A DNA stretch of 64,000 nt from an uncultured delta proteobacterium (GTDB taxonomy: Bacteria; Desulfobacterota; Desulfobacteria; Desulfobacterales; SpSt-501). Shown here in pieces: positions 49,404 to 58,177 of this stretch. The notes beneath the pieces were generated by a model. That model was not told the DNA's origin, searched no databases, and saw nothing but the letters and a program-made list of their open reading frames with translations. Made by a program: the position numbers and the translations under genes. Numbering within the stretch: the stretch's first letter is position 1; every line of letters starts with the position of its first letter. The stretch is taken from assembly GCA_963828345.1 (NCBI GenBank), contig CAWHEZ010000019.1, forward strand, positions 61,568 to 125,567. The letters run 5' to 3'.

Positions 49404-50606
49404 ATGTCGATAATCGCCAGCCATTTAAAGACGATCAATCCGTCTGCAGTCTCGGTCATGTCCGCCAAGGCTCTCGAGCTCGAGCGACAGGGCAGGGACA
49501 TCATCCGGTTGTCGGCCGGGGAACCGGACTTTCCAACCCCGGACCACATCAAGATGGCCTGCATAAAGGCACTTTGCGACAACAAAACCAAGTATCCGCC
49601 GGTCATCGGGTTGCCCGAGTTCCGGGAGGCCATCTGCATGAAGCTCAAGCGTGACAACGCGCTCGAATATTCTCCCGGCCAGACCATCGTCAGCTCGGGC
49701 TGCAAGCAGGTCATCTATAACGCCATGGCCGCCACTTTGGATCCCGGGGACGAAGTGATGATGGTGGCGCCCTACTGGATGAGTTACGTCGGCATCGTTC
49801 AACTCAGTCGGGGCAAGCCGATCTTCGTTCCCACCTGTCAGGAAAACGGTTACAGGCCGAGCGCGGAAGCCCTGGAACAATCGATCACTTCCAGAACCAA
49901 GTGGCTCTTTTTAAACAGCCCGGGCAACCCCTCGGGTGCGGTTTACAATGCTGCGGATCTCGAGGCTATCGCCGGTGTCCTGCGACGTCACCCCGAGGTC
50001 TGGGTTTTGAGCGATGATATTTACGAGTTTCTGGTCTATGGGGATGGCAAGTTTATCAGCCTTTTAAACATTGCCCCAGACCTGAAGGACCGGTTGCTGG
50101 TGGTCAATGGCCTATCGAAGGCGTACTGCATGCCGGGCTGGCGCCTGGGCTATGCGGCTGGACCGGAAGAGGTCATCAAGGCCATGTTCAAGATACAATC
50201 CCAGTCCACCAGCGGTGCGACCCATTTCTGCCAATGGGCCGGGGTGGTCGCACTGACCGGAGACCACTCGTTTATCCCCGTTCACAACCAGTCCTTCGAG
50301 CAAAGGCGGGATCTCGTGGTTTCCCTGGTCAACCGAATCCCGGGTTTGAGCTGCACCCCACCGAAGGGAGCTTTTTACTGTTACATTGGATGCGGTGATT
50401 TCATCGGCAAGAAAGCGCCAGGCGGCGCCGATATCTTGACCGACGAGGATCTGGTTGGCTACCTGTTGGATGAAGCCGGCGTTGCCGCTATACCCGGAGC
50501 TCCATTCGGCATGTCGCCCTACTTCCGGGTGTCATTCGCAACCGCTATGTCCAAAATCAAAAACGCCTTTGAACGCATTCAGACGGCTTTGAGCCGCCTG
50601 AATTGA
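49404..50606 (+). CDS. class I/II pyridoxal-phosphate-dependent aminotransferase (aspartate aminotransferase-like)
   Basis: GGAGG precedes ATG 49404. GEPDFPTP, NSPGNPSG, LSKAYCMPGWRLGY (PLP lysine motif). Confidence 0.85.
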   Translation: MSIIASHLKTINPSAVSVMSAKALELERQGRDIIRLSAGEPDFPTPDHIKMACIKALCDNKTKYPPVIGLPEFREAICMKLKRDNALEYSPGQTIVSSGCKQVIYNAMAATLDPGDEVMMVAPYWMSYVGIVQLSRGKPIFVPTCQENGYRPSAEALEQSITSRTKWLFLNSPGNPSGAVYNAADLEAIAGVLRRHPEVWVLSDDIYEFLVYGDGKFISLLNIAPDLKDRLLVVNGLSKAYCMPGWRLGYAAGPEEVIKAMFKIQSQSTSGATHFCQWAGVVALTGDHSFIPVHNQSFEQRRDLVVSLVNRIPGLSCTPPKGAFYCYIGCGDFIGKKAPGGADILTDEDLVGYLLDEAGVAAIPGAPFGMSPYFRVSFATAMSKIKNAFERIQTALSRLN

Positions 50607-50663
50607 TCTTGCAAGCCGAGACATAATCGGGCACCGCAAGAAGAAGTGGACCCATGTAGGATG

Positions 50664-50987
50664 CGGATTCTAATGGGGGCAGGGGGAACGTCCATTGGAT
50701 TATCATTTGACCGCTGATATTCCTGCTGCTGCCTGCACGGCATGCCACGAAAAGCTCGATTAGACACACCGGGAGCGCTGCACCACATCGTCGTGGGAGG
50801 CATCGAGCGACGCAAGATCTTCTGCGTTGATAGCGACCGGGACGACTCCCTGAAGAGGCTGGGCGAGGCAGGCGGCGTACGGGAGCTGGGGCTCACTGCG
50901 GTGGAACTCGCCTGCAGACTGAACCGGGCTCAACCGACAGGCAGCCAATCTGCCGACCGAGGGGAGCAGATTGCAGACGAAAAGTGA
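50664..50987 (+). pseudogene. internally deleted RAYT/IS200-like (Y1 HUH transposase) gene with conserved leader, type A
   Basis: MPRKARLDTPGALHHIVVGGIERRKIF (HUH = HHI) is joined after ~40 codons to a C-terminal HTH tail LGLTAVELACRLNRAQPTGSQSADRGEQIADEK. The catalytic Tyr region is absent. Confidence 0.6.
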
Positions 50988-51050
50988 AAGGGGTCACATC
51001 TTGATTTGTGATTCCAAAACGCATGTCTCTTATGGGCGCAAGAAACACGA

Positions 51051-51303
51051 ATGATTTTCCACATCCCGCATGCATCGACTGCCATCCCGCCCGCTATTCG
51101 TGCCGGGATAGTCCTCAGCGATGAGCAACTCGCCGAAGAGATCCTGAAGATTACCGACTGGTTCACGGATGACCTGTTCGGGAGCCATGCCCGAGCAGGG
51201 GACACCGCCCTCGTGTATTCAGTCTCAAGACTAATAGTCGATCCCGAGCGTTTCATCGACGACGCGCAGGAGCCAATGGCCAAGGTGGGGATGGGTGTTG
51301 TCT
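51051..51303 (+). pseudogene. N-formylglutamate amidohydrolase-family gene, first ~84 codons, cut by the IS21 end
   Basis: About 94% identical at DNA level (by eye) to the intact paralog starting at 57115. Identity stops at 51303 / 57367. Confidence 0.8.
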
Positions 51304-52650
51304 TCACCTGCGTATTCCGACGCAATCCGGCCACCGATTCCGATCGAAAGCGGCCACTGATTCCGATCCATTCCGGCCACCCATTCCGATCCAAAGCGGC
51401 CACCCCTGAGGATCGGTTCTCGCGGAGCTGACAGCAACGCTGGTTAACCCGTCAGACCGCCGGTAGAAGGCACCCCAAATTCCCTATTTGGAGGTGTCAT
51501 GCCGGCCACGAGGTTGACCATGCGTAAGATCCGTGAAGTGCTGCGTCTGGCCTTCGACTGTCAGCTGACCAAGCGCCAGATCGCCACCAGCTGCTCCATC
51601 GCCCGAAGCACCGTCTCCGAGTACCTCATGCGCTTTGCCGCCTCGGGGCTGAGCTGGCCGCTGCCGGCGGAGACCGACGACGCGAAGCTGGAGGCGCCTG
51701 CTGTTCCCGCCGGCCCCGCCCCCGGTCGAACATCCCCGCGAGCCGTTCGACTTCGTCTACATCCACCGGGAGCTGCGCCGCAAGGCGGTCACCCTGATGC
51801 TCCTGTGGCAGGAGTACAAGGCCGCCCACCCCGACGGCTACCAGTACAGCCAGTTCTGCAACCTGTACCGGCAGTGGGCCGAGCGGATCGACCCGGTCAT
51901 GCGCCAGGAGCACCGGGCCGGGGAGACGCTTTGCGTCGACTGGGCCGGCATGACGGTGCCCATCGTCGATCCTCTCTCCGGGACCGAGCAGCCGGCCTCG
52001 ATCTTCGTGGCCGTGCTGGCGGCCTCCAACTACAGCTATGCCGAGGCCACCCTCAGCCAGCAGCTCGCTGACTGGCTCGGCGCCCACTGCCGCGCGTTGG
52101 CCTTCTTCGGCGGAGCCCCGCGCGCGCTCGTGCCCGACAACACCCGCACCGGGATCACCAAGGCCTGCTTCTACGAGCCCGACCTCAACCCCAGCTACCT
52201 GGAGATGGCCGATCACTACGGCACCGCCATCCTGCCCACCCGCGTCAAGAAGCCCCGCGACAAGGCCAAGGTGGAAGGCGGGGTCTTGATCGTCGAACGC
52301 TGGATCCTGGCGCGCATCCGCAACCAGAGCTTCTTCAGCCTGGCCGAGCTCAACCGGCGCATCGCCGAGCTGCTGGAAGAGCTCAACCTCAGGCCCTTCC
52401 AGAAGCTGCCCGGCTGCCGGCGTCAGGCCTTCGAGGAGATCGACCGGCCCGAACTCAAGCCGCTGCCCGCACAGCCCTACCAGTTCGCCGAGTGGAAGCG
52501 GGCCACCGTCCACATCGACTATCACGTCGAGCTCGAGGGCCACTACTACAGCGTTCCCTACCGGCTGGTCGGCAAAAAGATCGACCTGCGCTACACCCCG
52601 ACCACGGTGGAGTGCCTCTACCAGAACACCCGCGTTGCCAGCCACATCCG
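51304..52650 (+). mobile_element. IS21-family element fragment: left end plus istA; istB and right end missing
   Basis: Three copies of CGGCCACnGATTCCGATC-like terminal repeats at ~51327-51395. IstA ORF downstream. The element stops at the micro-ORF module junction near 52650. Confidence 0.8.
51499..52650 (+). pseudogene. istA: IS21 transposase IstA, frameshifted (~51695) and 3'-truncated
   Basis: HTH MRKIREVLRLAFDCQLTKRQIATSCSIARSTVSEYL. After the frame change, LLFPPAPPPVEHPREPFDFVYIHRELRRKAVTLMLLWQEYK...DWAGMTV...PDNTRTGI...KPRDKAKVE (DDE core). Confidence 0.85.
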
Positions 52651-52975
52651 CATCTGGTTGGTTCCTTTTTAGGCACCTTGGCAAACGATGATGCCGTGAT
52701 CATTATTCGTGCATGGGAAACCCTTACGCCTTAATCGTGATGTTGCTTTCTTACTGTGTTGTGTTCGCAGTTTGTGCCGTCACAGGTGCACGCGATCTGC
52801 GAAAGGCAAGGCAACTGAAGAGACTGCTCAAAAAAACACGCCCCACGAATGATGGACCCCGCGTGTAGCGGCGTGACAATCTTTTTAATCTTCATGTAAA
52901 AGACATCTTCACAGAATGTCGCATGACCATTCCGGGTCAGAAGGAACCGGGCCTCAAGAGAGGTTCGGTTTTTTG
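52651..52975 (+). repeat. ~325-bp repeat module, copy 2 (inverted relative to 1045..1373)
   Basis: See copy 1. Similarity starts at the istA break and ends at the terminator T-run. Confidence 0.85.
52713..52868 (+). CDS. 51-aa predicted membrane micro-protein, paralog of 1149..1310
   Basis: ATG 52713, TAG 52866-52868. MGNPYALIVMLLSYCVVFAVCAVTGARDLRKARQLKRLLKKTRPTNDGPRV. Confidence 0.6.
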   Translation: MGNPYALIVMLLSYCVVFAVCAVTGARDLRKARQLKRLLKKTRPTNDGPRV

Positions 52976-52980
52976 TTTTG
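52945..52980 (+). terminator. intrinsic terminator of micro-ORF module copy 2
   Basis: AACCGGGCCTC-aaga-GAGGTTCGGTT followed by TTTTGTTTTG. Confidence 0.6.
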
Positions 52981-53065
52981 TACTCAATGGGGGGCAACAC
53001 ACATGGCAGAGTCCGCGCGTGACCATCTTCGGAGACGCTTGACCGTTATCTTCAGGAAACGCATA

Positions 53066-53535
53066 GAGGACGTCCATTGGTTTATCATTTGCCAATTAAG
53101 TGGAAATATGGGGACGCCCCTGTTTTTACGGGGCAGCGGGGACGTCCATTGGAATATCATTAGACCGCCGATATTCCTGCTGCTGCCTGCACGGCATGCC
53201 ATGAAAAGCTCGATTAGAGACACCGGGAGCGCTGCACCACATCGTCGTGGGAGGCATCGAGCGACGCAAGATCTTCTGCGCTGATAGCGACCGGGACGAC
53301 TCCCTAAAGAGGCTGGGCGGGGCAGGCGGCGTACGGGGGGGCAGGGGGGACGTCCATTGGAATATCATTTGACCGCCGATATTCCTGCTGCCGCCTGCAC
53401 GGCATGCCACGAAAAGCTCGATTAGACACACCGGGAGCGCTGCACCACATCGTCGTGGCCAGGGGCGAGGGGACGGGTATGAAAATATGAAATTCTTACG
53501 TATCCTAAAGGGATTGCGAGGGAAATATCCTGAAA
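53066..53535 (+). repeat. head-to-tail array of RAYT-like gene leaders / 5' fragments (one type B leader, two type A leader+start units, one upstream-flank unit)
   Basis: GGACGTCCATTGG...TATCATT leaders at 53069, 53140 and 53348. ATGCCA(C/T)GAAAAGCTCGATTAGA starts at 53197 (CGA->TGA nonsense) and 53404. GTATGAAAATATGAAATTCT unit at 53478, also at 58178. Confidence 0.8.
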
Positions 53536-53639
53536 GTGGGAACAGGTATGATAAACACTCAGTCACATCCAGAATTAATGTGAAAGTCCCTGCCGCTCAT
53601 ATGCGCAAGAGCAAGGCCTTTTAGGTTCACCTGCTGATA

Positions 53640-54101
53640 ATGCTCGCTGGCAAGTGGGTTTTAATGGCCGCAAGAAGCATGAATCCCTTCGCCAAAATGC
53701 GCTCGATGTGCGACGGTCAGGAGGAGGATCACCTCACGGAGTTCATCGCCGGCGCGCTGGGTGTCAGCGAGGAATTTCGGCCTGCATACCGGAAACGATT
53801 TCTCGCTTCGTGCAAGCGGCTATCGCGGTTCCGTTGGAAGGCTATTCTAGTCGAGGCTACCCTTGAGGACATCAGGGGGGGCTTAGAGCCGTTCGACATT
53901 CCCTCCGAGGTGCATCCCAATGCTGTCTGCGGCACCTTGGACGCGATCGAAGCCAAGTTCGGCATCCCCATCATCTATAGCTCCAGCATCCGGGATCTTG
54001 CGACGGAACGCGCAGCGAGTTGGCTCTCAAAGCACTTCACACACTGGTGGTTGGAAAAGCAGGGTCTCGGCCGGGTCCTGATCGACTCGGACGGACTGTG
54101 A
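53640..54101 (+). CDS. hypothetical protein; possibly the C-terminal part of an ERCC4-type nuclease (tentative)
   Basis: RFRWKAILVEATLEDIRGG...EVHPNAVCGTLDAIEAKFGIPIIYSS resembles the C-terminal half of phage/plasmid ERCC4-domain proteins. The catalytic GDY/ERK region was not seen. Confidence 0.35.
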   Translation: MLAGKWVLMAARSMNPFAKMRSMCDGQEEDHLTEFIAGALGVSEEFRPAYRKRFLASCKRLSRFRWKAILVEATLEDIRGGLEPFDIPSEVHPNAVCGTLDAIEAKFGIPIIYSSSIRDLATERAASWLSKHFTHWWLEKQGLGRVLIDSDGL

Positions 54102-54274
54102 CAGCAACGGGAATCTCCCCAGCCCCCCGCACGCAATAGGGAGGGCCAGAAAAACGACTTGGCCAGATTCAAGTCCTCCTTGGGCTGGGAAGACCGTGCT
54201 TTAGGGTGCGTTTCGTGCTAAAAAGATCTCTCGCTTGGCCGCACTCATCAACTACCCCAACCAAAAGGTTGCTT

Positions 54275-55006
54275 ATGAAAAAGCTATTCTCGTTCAAACG
54301 TCTCTCATTGCCCCTAATGAGTCTGATCTCGATCGTTCTTCTATCCGCCTGTGCGTCGACCAAGGTCAGCGATCGGGATATCCTTTACTCCGGCAAACTA
54401 CCCCGGCCAGGGCAGATCATCGTCTTCGACTTCGTGACGACTCCCCAAGAAATGCAGCCCGATTCGGCGCTGGCGAACCAAAACGTCGTACCAGCCACCC
54501 CGCCAACGGCGGACGAGCTTGAGCTTAATCGCCAGCTTGGCGTGCAAATTGCCGAGCAGCTTGCCCAGGAGATCCGTGCGATGGGCCTTCCTGGAGTTAG
54601 AGCTACCCAGGGGATCACCCCAAAAGTGAACGATCTGATGATTCGTGGATACCTGCTCTCGGTTGATCAGGGAAGCGAGGTAAAACGCGTTGCTCTTGGG
54701 CTTGGCTCCGGGGATTCCGAGCTTAAAACCCTTGTTGAAGGCTACGAGGTGACCACCAACGGCCCGCGCAAGCTTGGCTCCGGGTCGGTCGATGCCGGTG
54801 GCGGCAAGGGCCCGGGCGCAGCACTCGGAGTGGCAACTCTTCTGATCACCCACAACCCGGTTGGGTTGGTGGTTTCAACCGGAGTCAAGGCATACGGGGA
54901 GATCAGCGGTAGCGCCAAGGTCGAGGGTCGGGCCAAGGCGACCGCCAAAGAAATCGCCGACCAGATCAAGATTCGCTTTGAGGAGCAGGGCTGGATACAG
55001 AAATAG
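54275..55006 (+). CDS. DUF4410-family lipoprotein
   Basis: Lipobox LLSACAS. Gly-rich C-terminal half GLGSGDSELK...GGGKGPGAALG...GSAKVEGRAKATAKEIADQI. Confidence 0.65.
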   Translation: MKKLFSFKRLSLPLMSLISIVLLSACASTKVSDRDILYSGKLPRPGQIIVFDFVTTPQEMQPDSALANQNVVPATPPTADELELNRQLGVQIAEQLAQEIRAMGLPGVRATQGITPKVNDLMIRGYLLSVDQGSEVKRVALGLGSGDSELKTLVEGYEVTTNGPRKLGSGSVDAGGGKGPGAALGVATLLITHNPVGLVVSTGVKAYGEISGSAKVEGRAKATAKEIADQIKIRFEEQGWIQK

Positions 55007-55163
55007 GCACGCGTTTATCATGACGGACCTGAGATCCCTGGCTCGCGGCACTTGCCACGATGCCCAGGGATTTCGGCCAATGGGGCATCATCAGAAGAAG
55101 TTTGCCTCCCACTGAAAACCGGGGTTTCGCTTGTATTTGCCTGGCGAGAAAGGCGGGGGAAAT

Positions 55164-55931
55164 ATGAATGGAACTGTCATCGGAATCATTGTGCTCGCAT
55201 GTGCGTTCGGCGGTTCGCTGATCGGGATGTGGTTGCGATGTGCACTGCCTGGCCACCACATGGACAGCGACTCAAAAGATACCATTAAAATGGGTATTGG
55301 GCTCATCGCCACAATGACCGCGCTCGTTCTGGGGCTCGTCACTTCTTCCGCCAAGAGTTCCTTTGATGTCATGGACACGGCGGTGAAACAAACTGCTGTT
55401 CAAGTTCTAACACTTGATCGCCTGCTTGCCCGCTACGGCCCCGAGACAAACGAGATACGCAAGGGATTCCAACAAGGGGTTGGCGCGCGCATCGATGCCA
55501 TTTGGCCGAATGACTCTGCCAAGCCTGCCAGCGTCAATCAGACGCCGCCAGGATCAGCGCCGATGGGGGAGAGGCTTACGGATGCGATCCGCTCCCTCCA
55601 GCCAAAAGACGATAATCAGCGCGCTCTCCAGTCGCGTGCGGTGGACCTCGCGGAAACGCTGCTTCAGGCCAAGTGGATGGTGCTCGCCAATGCTGAGAAT
55701 TCCGTTCCGTTGCCATTCCTTGTAATCCTCATAAGCTGGCTCACCATCGTGTTCGCAAGTTTCGGGTTGTTTGCACCTCGGAATGCCACTGTCATTGGGG
55801 CTCTGTTTGTTTGTTCGGTTTCAGTAGCCGCTGCCTTATTTCTCGTGCTGGAAATGGAATCGCCGCTCACCGGTTTCATCCGGGTTTCCCCAGACCCGTT
55901 ACGCTACGCAGTTTCAGCTCTTGGTAAATGA
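55164..55931 (+). CDS. DUF4239-like (bestrophin-like) membrane protein
   Basis: Two N-terminal and two C-terminal TM segments flanking a soluble helical region. Assignment from memory. Confidence 0.55.
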   Translation: MNGTVIGIIVLACAFGGSLIGMWLRCALPGHHMDSDSKDTIKMGIGLIATMTALVLGLVTSSAKSSFDVMDTAVKQTAVQVLTLDRLLARYGPETNEIRKGFQQGVGARIDAIWPNDSAKPASVNQTPPGSAPMGERLTDAIRSLQPKDDNQRALQSRAVDLAETLLQAKWMVLANAENSVPLPFLVILISWLTIVFASFGLFAPRNATVIGALFVCSVSVAAALFLVLEMESPLTGFIRVSPDPLRYAVSALGK

Positions 55932-55992
55932 GCTTAAATTTGAGCACAATCTTGTCACCAACCCGGTTGCCACCCTCTCGCAGTGATCTTCC

Positions 55993-56919
55993 TTGCAGAT
56001 GGCAATAAAATTCACCACTGCAATCACCTTGCTCGCGGCTGCCCTTCTGCTTCATTCCGGGAGGGCAAATGCCCAGTCCATGGAGCCACGGGCATATTCG
56101 AACGCGCCGGTTGGCATGAACTTTCTCATTCTGGGGTACGTTTACCAGAAGGGGAACGTGTTGCTCGACCCTTCGGTTCCGGTCAAAGATGTCAATATCG
56201 AGGCACATACCGCTGTTGCGGCCTATTCCCGGGTTATCGATGTGTTCGGCAAGTCGGGAAGAGTAGATCTGGTTGTTCCGTACTCTCGGCTCACAGGAAG
56301 CGGCATGATAGGCGAGCGTGAGCAAGAAAGGAAAATGGCAGGCTTTGCCGACCCCGCCGCCCGCTTTTCGGTAAACCTCTACGGGGCTCCCGCACTCACA
56401 CTCGAAGAGTTCAAAAACTATCAACAGGACACCATTGTCGGGGTGAGCCTGATGGCAACAGCGCCGTTGGGCCAGTATGATGACGACAAGGCCGCTAACA
56501 TCGGGTCCAATCGCTGGTCGTTCAAGCCCGAGGTAGGAGTCTCGCAGGCGATCGGAAGCTGGACGGTGGAGGCAATCGGAGGTGTTACGTTTTTTACGGA
56601 TAACGATGACTATTTCGGCGGCCACAAGCGCGAGCAGGAACCGATCTACTCGCTTCAGGGGCATCTCATCTACAATTTTCAATCAGGGATATGGGCTGCG
56701 CTCAATGCAACCTACTACGCCGGAGGCAAGACCAGCATCGACGGGGTACAGGGCGACGACGAACAGAGCAACGTGCGGGTTGGCGCGACACTGACATTCC
56801 CCATCAATGTCAGCCATTCGATCAAGCTCTACGGCAGCACCGCTGTCGAAACCCGTGTCGGAGGCGACTTCAACATTTTGGGGATTGCATGGCAATACCG
56901 CTGGGGGGCAGGACTTTAA
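55993..56919 (+). CDS. outer-membrane beta-barrel transporter (MetA-pathway phenol-degradation-like family)
   Basis: Signal peptide. EPRAYSNAPVGMNFLILGY, alternating beta-strand pattern, C-terminal GIAWQYRWGAGL. Confidence 0.75.
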   Translation: MQMAIKFTTAITLLAAALLLHSGRANAQSMEPRAYSNAPVGMNFLILGYVYQKGNVLLDPSVPVKDVNIEAHTAVAAYSRVIDVFGKSGRVDLVVPYSRLTGSGMIGEREQERKMAGFADPAARFSVNLYGAPALTLEEFKNYQQDTIVGVSLMATAPLGQYDDDKAANIGSNRWSFKPEVGVSQAIGSWTVEAIGGVTFFTDNDDYFGGHKREQEPIYSLQGHLIYNFQSGIWAALNATYYAGGKTSIDGVQGDDEQSNVRVGATLTFPINVSHSIKLYGSTAVETRVGGDFNILGIAWQYRWGAGL

Positions 56920-56922
56920 ACC

Positions 56923-57068
56923 CTGGGCGGGGCAGGCGGCGAACGGGAGCTGGGGCTCACTACGGTGGAACTCGCCTGCAGACTGAACCTGGCTCAACCG
57001 ACAGGCAGCCAATCTGCCGACCGAGGGGAGCAGATTGCAGACGAAAAGTGAAAGGGGTCACATCTTGA
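56923..57068 (+). repeat. 3' tail of a type A RAYT remnant (start of the 445-bp duplicate of 50859..51303)
   Basis: CTGGGCGGGGCAGGCGGCG...GCAGACGAAAAGTGAAAGGGGTCACATCTTGA is colinear with 50859-51004. Confidence 0.85.
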
Positions 57069-57114
57069 TTTGCCATTCCAAAACGCATGTCTTTTATGGG
57101 CGCAAGAAACACGA

Positions 57115-57885
57115 ATGATTTTCCACATTCCGCATGCATCGACGGCTATCCCGCCCGCTATTCGTGCCGGGATCGTCCTCAGCGATGAGCAACTCGCCGA
57201 AGAGATCCTGAAGATCACCGACTGGTTCACGGATGACCTGTTCGGGAGCCACGTCAAAGCAGGGGACACCGCCCTCGTGTGTCCGGTCTCAAGACTGGTG
57301 GTCGACCCCGAGCGTTTCATCGACGATGCGCAGGAGCCCATGGCCAAGGTGGGGATGGGTGTTGTCTACACCAGGGCATCGGGGGGCGAGACACTGCGCC
57401 TGCCGCCGACGGCGGAAGAAAGGGGGCTTCTTCTCGGCACTTACTACCGGCCGCCCCACGAGCGGCTGTCGCATGCCGTGGATGAGGAGCTGAAAATTAA
57501 TGGCAAGGCCGTGATCCTGGACTGCCACAGCTTTCCATCCGAGCCGCTCCCGTACGAGCATGACCCGAACCCCGATCGCCCCGATGTCTGCATCGGTACA
57601 GATGATTATCACACACCACCATGGCTACCGGCGGCCTTGGAGGGGCAGTGTCAGTTCGAGGGGCTGACCTATGCCTTGAATCGACCTTTCTCAGGTTCCA
57701 TCGTTCCGTTGGAACATTATCAGACCAATCCCAACGTCTTATCTATTATGATCGAGGTCAACCGCAGACTCTACATAAACGAAAAGACATGCGAGAAGTC
57801 AGCCTCTTTCGATAACTGCCGGAAAATTGTCGGGAGAATGGTCACCGTTCTTCGGGCAGCTGCAGCAGATCGGCTTCTATTGTGA
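57115..57885 (+). CDS. N-formylglutamate amidohydrolase-family protein (intact copy)
   Basis: MIFHIPHAST..., SRLVVDPER, ILDCHSF, IEVNRRLY. Confidence 0.8.
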   Translation: MIFHIPHASTAIPPAIRAGIVLSDEQLAEEILKITDWFTDDLFGSHVKAGDTALVCPVSRLVVDPERFIDDAQEPMAKVGMGVVYTRASGGETLRLPPTAEERGLLLGTYYRPPHERLSHAVDEELKINGKAVILDCHSFPSEPLPYEHDPNPDRPDVCIGTDDYHTPPWLPAALEGQCQFEGLTYALNRPFSGSIVPLEHYQTNPNVLSIMIEVNRRLYINEKTCEKSASFDNCRKIVGRMVTVLRAAAADRLLL

Positions 57886-57898
57886 TAAGATTTGAACA

Positions 57899-58162
57899 AT
57901 GAAGCAGGAATCGCCTTTCATCAAGATTGCCGTCCTCGAAAACGCCATTGAGGCTCAACTCCTGAGTTCTGTCTTGACTCAGTACGAGATCCCCCATCGA
58001 CTGCGCTCGTACCACGACACCGCCTACGACGGCCTGTTCCAGTTGCAGAAGGGCTGGGGGGAGATTTACGGCCCGCACAATGTTCAGCAGCAGGTCTTGG
58101 ACGCACTGGCCGAATTAAGGTCGCAGGCGGTGGACTTGTCAGACACTGAACCCGAAAGCTGA
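57899..58162 (+). CDS. small DUF2007-like (putative signal-transducing) protein
   Basis: IKIAVLENAIEAQLLSSVLTQYEIPH pattern. Tentative. Confidence 0.45.
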   Translation: MKQESPFIKIAVLENAIEAQLLSSVLTQYEIPHRLRSYHDTAYDGLFQLQKGWGEIYGPHNVQQQVLDALAELRSQAVDLSDTEPES

Positions 58163-58177
58163 GGACAAGGGAGTGGG

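Noticed and set aside
53066-53535. A CRISPR array, because of regularly spaced repeats
   Set aside because: The repeat units are 150-200 bp gene fragments with start codons, not 25-40 bp repeats separated by unique spacers. There are no cas genes.
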